Shown here in pieces: positions 8,918 to 16,182 of a DNA stretch of 64,000 nucleotides. Every line of letters starts with the position of its first letter. Positions within the stretch are counted from its first letter, which is position 1. The stretch is from an uncultured bacterium (GTDB lineage Bacteria > Krumholzibacteriota > Krumholzibacteriia > LZORAL124-64-63). The DNA lies in contig CAVSZB010000005.1 in assembly GCA_963732385.1 (NCBI GenBank), forward strand, positions 64,001 through 128,000. Reading direction: 5' to 3'. A program made the position numbers and the translations under genes. The notes under the pieces were generated by a model, which worked only from the letters and a program-made list of their open reading frames with translations, was not told the origin of the DNA and did no database searches.

Positions 8918-10060
8918 ATGGACACGATCTCCGTCAGGGTCTTCCGGAAGCTGCAGGTCGTGGCGCCGGTGCGCTTCGCGCGCGCGGCCACCGGCAACCC
9001 GCGGCGGGACCGCCCCGATCCCGACGACCGCGGCTTCGCCATGGGCCACCGGCCGGGATCGTGGCAGAAGTCCGACGCGCGCGGCCCGATGCTCGGCCTG
9101 ACCGCCGGCGACGAGGTCACGCTGAAGGTCCTGCGCGAGGACATCAGCGCCGACGCCCCCATCCACATCACCAGCAGCGAGCCGGGCGTGGTGACCGTCA
9201 CCTCCCCTGTCGCGGGCACCCCCGTCGGGGCCGACGGCGAGTTCACGATCAAGGCGGCCGACAAGCCGGCCAACGCGCCGGCCAAGATCCAGGCGCGGCT
9301 CGGTTCCGCGACCGGGCCGGTGCTCGGCGAGCTGGAGCCGCACGTCTTCGCGCTGCGCTGGGTGCGGGTGCTCGCCCACCTGGTGACGATCGACGGCACG
9401 GCGACCACCCGCACCGCGGATTCGCTCGTGGCGCACTTCCGGCAGGTGAACGACATCTGGCGCCCGTGCGGGGTGCAGTTCATCTACGTGAAGGCCGCGA
9501 CCGTCACCGAGCGGATCACCGGCACGCGGTACCGGCGCCGGGACGGCACCATGGCCGCCCTGCCGGCACCGCTCGGCCCGGGCGGCAGCTACGCCGCCGC
9601 CGGCACGGTCACCACGAACCTCGGCGCCTCGCACTGGGAGGAATTCTCCACCCTGCTGCAGATCTACCCGGCGGCCAACGCGGTGAACGTCTACTTCGTC
9701 GGCGCGGCGCCCGAGTGGAACGGCCTGACGTACGATCACGACATCCCGCGGCCCAACGGCTACGGCATCGCGATCGCCGACGCGGCCTCCGCCACGGACA
9801 CGGCGCACGAGCTCGGGCACTTCCTGAACCTCGACCGCCACTCGGACGAGAACGCCACGGGCGCGATCGTCCGTCGCGACATGTGGAACATCCGGCGTCT
9901 CATGTACAGCGTCTGGCCCCCGGCGACCCCGGCGCACAGGCACGACGTCGGCTACGGTCCCAACCGCTACGGGGCGGTGATCTCCCTGAAAGACCTGCCG
10001 CGTGAGGCCAGCGACGGCGAGTGCCAGCGGGCGCGCAGTCGGGCCGCCAACCCCTACTGA
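8918..10060 (+). CDS. Metzincin-like zinc metalloprotease with N-terminal Ig-like region; candidate T6SS effector
   Basis: AHELGHFLNLDRH zinc motif, Met-turn-like RLMY, VNDIWRPCGVQF and AVNVYFV as in M43/reprolysin-like proteins; no signal peptide. Confidence 0.7.
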   Translation: MDTISVRVFRKLQVVAPVRFARAATGNPRRDRPDPDDRGFAMGHRPGSWQKSDARGPMLGLTAGDEVTLKVLREDISADAPIHITSSEPGVVTVTSPVAGTPVGADGEFTIKAADKPANAPAKIQARLGSATGPVLGELEPHVFALRWVRVLAHLVTIDGTATTRTADSLVAHFRQVNDIWRPCGVQFIYVKAATVTERITGTRYRRRDGTMAALPAPLGPGGSYAAAGTVTTNLGASHWEEFSTLLQIYPAANAVNVYFVGAAPEWNGLTYDHDIPRPNGYGIAIADAASATDTAHELGHFLNLDRHSDENATGAIVRRDMWNIRRLMYSVWPPATPAHRHDVGYGPNRYGAVISLKDLPREASDGECQRARSRAANPY

Positions 10061-10110
10061 GCGGCGGAGAGGGCGCGCGGCGCCGGGCCGCGCGCAGACG
10101 GTGGAAACGG

Positions 10111-11022
10111 ATGCAGAAACGCTTGCGAAGCGGTGAACTGGCGGTCGCGGCCCTGGCGCTGCTGGTCCTCTCCTGCGGGGGGAACCGCGATCACGCGGAT
10201 CGGCGCGACACGAAAGGCGACGCGGCGACGTCGGCAAGCCCGAAGGGAACAGCCATGCAACAGGCACAGATCATCGAGCGCATCCGGCAGGGGGACGGCT
10301 CCGTCATCGACGAGGTCGCCCCGCTCGGCCCCGGCATCACGCGGGACCTCATCCCCCTGACAAGCGACGCCGACCCCGAGGTGCGCGAACTGGCCCTCTA
10401 CTGCCTCAACGAGGCGGGCGGCCCCGAGGCGCCGGCCGTGTTCGCCGCCGCGCTGCGCGACACGGTGGACACCGTCCGCTACCGGGCCTGCCTCTTCCTG
10501 CACCGCCACCACACCCCGTCGCAGGGCCCCGAACTGCTGCGGCTGCTGCGCGACGAGCCCGATCCGTACGTGCGCGGCGAGCTGGCGCTGATCCTCGCGG
10601 AGATGGGCGACCGGGAGGCCACGCCGCTGCTGCGGGCGCGCCTGCCCCACGAGCCCGACCCGGAAGCGCGCGACAAGCACCGGCTGGCCCTGGCCCGTCT
10701 GGAGGACGGCCAGGAGCGTCGCGACATCCACGCGGCCCTCGCCGACGCCAGCGTGGAGGTCCGTTACCGGGCGCTGCGGGACTTCGCCTACCTGGGCGAC
10801 CGGACGCAGGCGTCGCGCCTGCTGCCGCTGCTCGACGACGAGCGGCCGGCCGAGAACGTGGCGCCCGGAGGCCACGCCCGTTTTGTCCGCCTGTGCGACG
10901 TCACGGTGCGCACGCTCGACGCGCTGCTCGCGCACCCGTTCCCGTTCCCGGTGGAGTTCACGAAGCAGTACTCGCCGGAGGAGATCCGGCAGGCGAAGGA
11001 AGTGCTGGCCACGCCCCGCTGA
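10111..11022 (+). CDS. HEAT-repeat lipoprotein; candidate immunity protein
   Basis: Signal peptide with lipobox VLSC; repeated D.DP.VR..A...L units. Confidence 0.7.
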   Translation: MQKRLRSGELAVAALALLVLSCGGNRDHADRRDTKGDAATSASPKGTAMQQAQIIERIRQGDGSVIDEVAPLGPGITRDLIPLTSDADPEVRELALYCLNEAGGPEAPAVFAAALRDTVDTVRYRACLFLHRHHTPSQGPELLRLLRDEPDPYVRGELALILAEMGDREATPLLRARLPHEPDPEARDKHRLALARLEDGQERRDIHAALADASVEVRYRALRDFAYLGDRTQASRLLPLLDDERPAENVAPGGHARFVRLCDVTVRTLDALLAHPFPFPVEFTKQYSPEEIRQAKEVLATPR

Positions 11023-11043
11023 GCCGCGCGGCGCGCGGCCGCC

Positions 11044-11784
11044 TCAGCAGCCGTGCAGCTCGACGAGCTTGTCGCGGACGGCCTGGTCGATCTCGCCGCT
11101 GGCCTCGAGCCCGTTGCGCTCCTGGAACTCCCTCAGGGCGGCCCGCAGTTCCGGTGTCATCTCGTCGCTCCGGCCGCAGCGATAGCCGAGGTTCTCGAGG
11201 CGCTTGCACACGCCGGCGATCTGGTCGACCGGGTCCATGTCCCCCAGCCTCAGCGCGAAGACCTCCTGCCGGCTCGTGCCGGGCCGCACGACCAGCCGCC
11301 CCCGGCGCGCGCCGGGCGGGATGCGGCATTCGATGCGGCCGTCGCCGTCGGTGGTGCCGTCGGTGAGGATCCCGTCGACCTCCAGCACGTACGGCACGTT
11401 GGCGCGGGGCGACGGCGCGGCCGGGGCGGACGCGGCGGCGCCGGTTCCGCCTGACGCGGCCGCCGCGGGGTCCCTGAGCTGGAAGCGGAGCATGCCGGTC
11501 TCGCCGCGCCGCCTGAAGCGGTGCAGGCTGCCGGCCGGGCCCGTCTCCTGTTTCGGTCGCGGCTCCGGTATCGTGATCCGGTCGCCCGCCAGCAGGACGT
11601 GCGGGTTCCCGCGCACCCGCTTCAGCTCGGCGTTCTCCGGCAGGTCCCACAGGGTCCGCCAGAAGAAGCCGTGGCTCGCGGCGATGCTGTCGAGGCAGTC
11701 GCCCGCCTCGACGACGTAGTCCCCCTGCCCCACCGGGCCGGACGGGGGCGGTGAAGCGGCGCCGGGCGCGGAATTGCCGGTCAT
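11044..11784 (-). CDS. LysM-like + beta-sandwich + peptidoglycan-binding domain protein (paralog 3)
   Basis: YVVEAGDCLDSIAASHG...LWDLPEN...LLAGDRITIP; GTTDGDG; GVCKRLENLGY...ALREFQERNGLEASG. Confidence 0.8.
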   Translation of the reverse strand: MTGNSAPGAASPPPSGPVGQGDYVVEAGDCLDSIAASHGFFWRTLWDLPENAELKRVRGNPHVLLAGDRITIPEPRPKQETGPAGSLHRFRRRGETGMLRFQLRDPAAAASGGTGAAASAPAAPSPRANVPYVLEVDGILTDGTTDGDGRIECRIPPGARRGRLVVRPGTSRQEVFALRLGDMDPVDQIAGVCKRLENLGYRCGRSDEMTPELRAALREFQERNGLEASGEIDQAVRDKLVELHGC

Positions 11785-11794
11785 CGACGGCTCC

Positions 11795-13141
11795 TCAGAA
11801 GTCGTACATCACATCGGGCTCGGGCGGCGCGATGGAGGCCCGGATCGTCAGCCGGGTCAGGAACGGGCTGTGCGTGTGGCCGATCACGTAGACGGCGAAG
11901 TTAGGATTGGCGACGTAGGCCAGCGCGGCGGTGGTCAGGTAGTAGTCGCGCCGGCTCGGATCCCACTGGCGTATGCTCGGGGTCGTGAACACGCGGTTCG
12001 TGATCGACTGGCCGCTGACGGCCCCGTCGCGGTTGGCGCTGTCGCAGCGGTGGCCGTGCTCGATGTACACGCCATCCGCGCGGTACTCGCGCCGGCGCGC
12101 CGGCACGCCGGGCGGCACGTGCGCGGCCAGGTAGCAGTCGTGGTTCCCCCACAGCCACGACTTGTGGCCGACCGCGAGGGAGTGCAGCCCCGTGATGGCC
12201 TCGGGGTTCACCGCCGCCGTCCGGCGCATCCAGTAGTCGATGAACTCGACCGCCCCGAGGACCACCTCGCCGCCCCGGGCGCGCAGGTCCTGCAGCCGCA
12301 CCTCGTGGGCGTCGCGCTCCTGGAAGAACCGGTCGAGGCCGATCCACAGGTCGTACATGTCACCGGCCTGGACGAAGTGGATGCGGTCGCGCACGCCGGA
12401 GGCGCCGAGCAGCCGGGCGAAGAGCGCCAGGTCCGCCCCCGCGCCGCCGAAGATGTCCCCGGCAAGGTAGCGGTCGTACCAGGTCAGGACGCTGCCGGTG
12501 CGGTTCGGGTCGAAATCGAAGCGCCCCATCCGGTACTCCGGCTCGACCAGTTCCTGCCAGGCCACGAACTGGCCGCCCCGTTCGCCCCAGTGCTCCTGCG
12601 TGGCGGGGCGGCAGTCGACGAGCGGCAGGTGCAGGTCGCCCAGGATGACATGGACCTGGTCCCAGCTCACGGGGGCCCGGGACGGCGACCAGACGCGCTT
12701 GACGAGGCGGACGGAGCTGTGCGGCCCGCAGAGGGCCGCGATCACGTCGTTCATGGGACGGGCATTGACGGCCACGGTCGGCGGCGCGCCGCCGGCGCGG
12801 CTGCGGAATTCGCAGAGCGCGACCCACTGTCCCCAGACGAGCCCGAAGCTCCGCTGGGGGTTGGACCCGTCGCCCCAGCGGCCGACATCCATGAACGCCA
12901 GCACCGGCGGCGAGGTGATGAGGGTGTTGACGACCTGCGCGTCGGTGCGGCCCCGCGCCACGCACACCTCGCCCTGGTAGGTCAGCTCGGTCCAGACCGT
13001 GGCGATCACGCCCTGCCACGTGTCGGGCCAGTCTCCGACCGGCGCGTCGCACCGGGAGAGGTGGCCCGTCTCGGTGAACGTCAACTCGGCCGTGACGTCG
13101 TCCGGAATGGTCTCGCCGTAGCCATTGGGAATGTCAGGCAT
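11795..13141 (-). CDS. Calcineurin-like metallophosphoesterase (LpxH-like motif spacing) with unknown N-terminal domain; candidate effector
   Basis: Motifs GDLH, GDMYDLWIG, GNHD, HGH, GHTH in canonical order. Confidence 0.7.
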   Translation of the reverse strand: MPDIPNGYGETIPDDVTAELTFTETGHLSRCDAPVGDWPDTWQGVIATVWTELTYQGEVCVARGRTDAQVVNTLITSPPVLAFMDVGRWGDGSNPQRSFGLVWGQWVALCEFRSRAGGAPPTVAVNARPMNDVIAALCGPHSSVRLVKRVWSPSRAPVSWDQVHVILGDLHLPLVDCRPATQEHWGERGGQFVAWQELVEPEYRMGRFDFDPNRTGSVLTWYDRYLAGDIFGGAGADLALFARLLGASGVRDRIHFVQAGDMYDLWIGLDRFFQERDAHEVRLQDLRARGGEVVLGAVEFIDYWMRRTAAVNPEAITGLHSLAVGHKSWLWGNHDCYLAAHVPPGVPARRREYRADGVYIEHGHRCDSANRDGAVSGQSITNRVFTTPSIRQWDPSRRDYYLTTAALAYVANPNFAVYVIGHTHSPFLTRLTIRASIAPPEPDVMYDF

Positions 13142-13175
13142 GGGCCCTTCCTGCCACCGGCGGCGATCGTCCGCC

Positions 13176-13841
13176 TCAGGATCCGTGCTCCGCGGCCAAT
13201 TTGTCGCGCGTCTTCTGGTCCGGCTCGCCCGTCGCCTCGAGATCGCAGGCCCGCTGGAAGTCGCCGAGCGCGGCGCGCGTCGGCTCGTCCAGCGCGCCCG
13301 ACGCCGGGCACGGATAGCCCAGGTTCTCGAGCCGCTGCTGAACGCCGGTAAGCGACTCGACCGGATCGAGCCCGCTCAGCCGCAGCTCGAACGTCTGCTG
13401 GTCCTGCTCGTCCTGCCCCACGACCAGGGTGCCGCGCTGCGCGTTCGGCGGCACCGGCACCTCGACCACGCCATCGCCGTCGGTGCTGCCCTGACTCAGC
13501 CTGCCGTCGATGTTGAGCGTGTACGGCTCGTTCTTGCGCGGCTCGCCATCGCGCAGGATCCGCACGCGCAGCTTCGACGGCAGCCCCTTGCGGTGGAAGC
13601 GGTGCTTGCGGCCGTCGGCCCCGGGCTCCTGCTTCGGGCGCGGGTCGGGAACCTGCACGCGGTCGCCCGGCAGCAGCAGCGACGGGTCCTTGCGCTCCCG
13701 CTTGAGCTGCGCGTTGTCGGGGTGGTTCCAGAGGGTGTCGGGCAGGTAGCCGTGCGCCAGGGCGATGCTCTCGATGCACTCGCCCTGCTTCACGACGTAA
13801 TTCCCGCCGCCCACCGGTTTCGCCGTCGCGCCGTCGGCCAT
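13176..13841 (-). CDS. LysM-like + beta-sandwich + peptidoglycan-binding domain protein (paralog 4)
   Basis: YVVKQGECIESIALAHG...LWNHPDN...LLPGDRVQVPD; GSTDGDG; GVQQRLENLGY...ALGDFQ; ATG abuts the vgrG stop. Confidence 0.8.
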   Translation of the reverse strand: MADGATAKPVGGGNYVVKQGECIESIALAHGYLPDTLWNHPDNAQLKRERKDPSLLLPGDRVQVPDPRPKQEPGADGRKHRFHRKGLPSKLRVRILRDGEPRKNEPYTLNIDGRLSQGSTDGDGVVEVPVPPNAQRGTLVVGQDEQDQQTFELRLSGLDPVESLTGVQQRLENLGYPCPASGALDEPTRAALGDFQRACDLEATGEPDQKTRDKLAAEHGS

Positions 13842-16160
13842 CTAGGCCTTCTCCCAGGTGTCCTGGTCCAGGTCGGGGAAGGTGATCTGGCAGTTGCCCG
13901 GCTCGATCCCCTCCACCCGCGCGAGCCCCTTCTCGTCGAGCGTGCCCTCGGCCGTGGAGCCGTCGGGCAGCTCGATCCGGTAGCGCTCGCCCGGCACCGG
14001 CTGGTTGTCGTCATCCACCAGTTCGATCTCGATCCAGCTCGTCTTGCGCGCCTTCTCCTCGGACGTCTTGGGCGGCTTGTGCGGCGTGACCTGCGTCATG
14101 GCGCCGGCCACCGCGTCGCCCGCGACGACCGCCGCGATCGGCACCGCCGGCGGCACCAGGCCGAGCGCGCTGATGGCGTCGGCCGCGGAGCCGGGACCCG
14201 AGTTGATCTTGGTCATCCCGCCGTCGATGGTGACGACCGAGCCCTTCAGCGTCACGCCGGCCGGATCGATGACCACGCTGTTGCCGCCGCACTTCAGGGT
14301 GATCTTCGTCATCCCCTCCACGACGATGCCCATCGCCTTCAGGTGCAGGTTCTGCCCCACCTCGGCGAAATAGTTCGCGTTGTAGGCCTCGCTCACGTCG
14401 CCCTTGACCTTCAGCGAGCGGCTGCCGCCGATCTCGATCGCCTCCTTGCCGACGACCTTGCGGTGGCGGTCCTTGCCGATCTCCTCGACGTGGTCGGCGC
14501 CCACCTTCTCCTGGCGGTTGTTGTCGACCTGCTCGATCTGGTCCTTCTTGACGTACAGGTGACGGTCGTTGCCGATCCACTCGCGGGCGTCGTTGCCGAC
14601 GCGCAGATCCTCGTCCCGCTCGGCGCGCACGAACAGCTGCTCGGCGCCCTTCTTGTCCTCGAAGCGGATCTCGTTGAAACCGCCCCCGCCCTTGCTGGAC
14701 AGGCTCTTGAGGGCCGACATCGTGGCGTTGGCCGGCAGGTCGTACGGCGGCATGGCGGCGCTGTTGTAGACCCCGCCGGTGATGAGCGGGCGGTCCGGAT
14801 CCCCTTCCAGGAATTCGACCACCACCTCGTGTCCGATGCGCGGGATGAACAGCCCGCCCCACTGCTTGCCGGCCCACGGCTGGGCGACGCGGATCCAGCA
14901 CGAGCTGGTCTCGTCGGCCTGGCCCTGCCGGTCCCAGTGGAACTGCACCATCACGCGGCCGTGCTTGTCGACGTGGATCTCCTCCCCCTTGGGGCCGACC
15001 ACGAAGGCGGTCTGCGGCCCGGGCACGCGCGGCTTGGGCGTCAGGCGCGCCGGCCGGTACGGCACCGCGTGGGGCATGCAGACGAAGCGGTTCTCGTACT
15101 TGCTGGTCCAGCGATCGATGGCGCCGCCGCTCTCGAACACCGCCTCCTGGGTCAGCTCGTGCCGCACCTCCGTCAGCAGGTAGCTCTGCGCGAAGTCGGC
15201 GCGGGGATGCTCCGCCAGGTCGAAGCGGTGGCCCGGCAGGAAGGCGCGGCAGTCGCTCTCGCCCCGCACCTGGACGGCCAGCTGGTCGCCCTCCTGGCGG
15301 CGCAGCTTGAGCCGGGCCTCGCCGAGGTTGAGCTTGCCGGCCTGCTCGGACCCCAGCGTGGCGTAGGCGCCGGGGTAGTCGAAGATCTCCAGCCGCCGGT
15401 CGCCCCCCTCGGGCACGGTGCTGTTGGCCGAAACCAGCAGGCTCGTGCCGGGATCCAGGAAGTTGAAATCGCACAGGCTGTAGGCGCCGGGCTGCAGCGT
15501 GTGCTCGGCCGTCCAGGCCCGCACCGAGTCGGTGTTCTCGTGCCGGTCGGCCCCCGGGTCGAAGCTGGCGATCGGCTGGTCGGGACAGGGGGGATTGCGG
15601 CCCGGCGCGTCGGCCAGCACCAGCTTGTGCATCGACGGGCCGTGCTCGAAGAAGTAGAAGATCCCCTCCTCCTCGAGCAGCCGCGACACGAAGCTGAAGT
15701 CCGACTCGCGGTACTGGACGCAGTAGACCCACGGCTCGTAGGTCCCGTCGAGCCGCAGCTCGAAATCGTTGAGCTTGAGCCCGGTGAACACCTTCTTGAC
15801 GATGTCGGGCACGGTCTCATTCTGGAAGATGCGGCAGTCCGTGCGCCGCGTGAGCAGCCACGGCCACGGCACGAGCTCCGCGTGATAGACCGTCAGACGG
15901 CGGTCCGAACCGGCCTGCGCGAAGCGCGAGATCAGGCCATGGATGCGGCGCTTGCCGCCGTCGGCGAGCGCGATCTCGATCAGCGCCGGCTGGCCGATGA
16001 GGGCCTTGAAATCGATGGCGTCGTCCTCGGCCAGCAGCTCGAGCTGGAACTGGAACGGACGCGAAACGCCTTCCCAGCCCGTCAGCCGCCGCACCAGCAG
16101 CTTGTCCTCGCCCAGCGGCGTGCTGATGTTACAGATCCGGCCTTCCTGCTGGAAAAACAT
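13842..16160 (-). CDS. vgrG: T6SS spike protein VgrG with short C-terminal extension
   Basis: YCVQYRESDFSFVSRLLEEEGIFYFF, GPQTAFVVGP.GEEIH.DKHGRV.VQFHWDR, IPRIGHEVVVEFLEGDPDRP, NEIRFEDKKG. Confidence 0.97.
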   Translation of the reverse strand: MFFQQEGRICNISTPLGEDKLLVRRLTGWEGVSRPFQFQLELLAEDDAIDFKALIGQPALIEIALADGGKRRIHGLISRFAQAGSDRRLTVYHAELVPWPWLLTRRTDCRIFQNETVPDIVKKVFTGLKLNDFELRLDGTYEPWVYCVQYRESDFSFVSRLLEEEGIFYFFEHGPSMHKLVLADAPGRNPPCPDQPIASFDPGADRHENTDSVRAWTAEHTLQPGAYSLCDFNFLDPGTSLLVSANSTVPEGGDRRLEIFDYPGAYATLGSEQAGKLNLGEARLKLRRQEGDQLAVQVRGESDCRAFLPGHRFDLAEHPRADFAQSYLLTEVRHELTQEAVFESGGAIDRWTSKYENRFVCMPHAVPYRPARLTPKPRVPGPQTAFVVGPKGEEIHVDKHGRVMVQFHWDRQGQADETSSCWIRVAQPWAGKQWGGLFIPRIGHEVVVEFLEGDPDRPLITGGVYNSAAMPPYDLPANATMSALKSLSSKGGGGFNEIRFEDKKGAEQLFVRAERDEDLRVGNDAREWIGNDRHLYVKKDQIEQVDNNRQEKVGADHVEEIGKDRHRKVVGKEAIEIGGSRSLKVKGDVSEAYNANYFAEVGQNLHLKAMGIVVEGMTKITLKCGGNSVVIDPAGVTLKGSVVTIDGGMTKINSGPGSAADAISALGLVPPAVPIAAVVAGDAVAGAMTQVTPHKPPKTSEEKARKTSWIEIELVDDDNQPVPGERYRIELPDGSTAEGTLDEKGLARVEGIEPGNCQITFPDLDQDTWEKA

Positions 16161-16182
16161 GGTGGCTCCTGTCGCTGGATCG

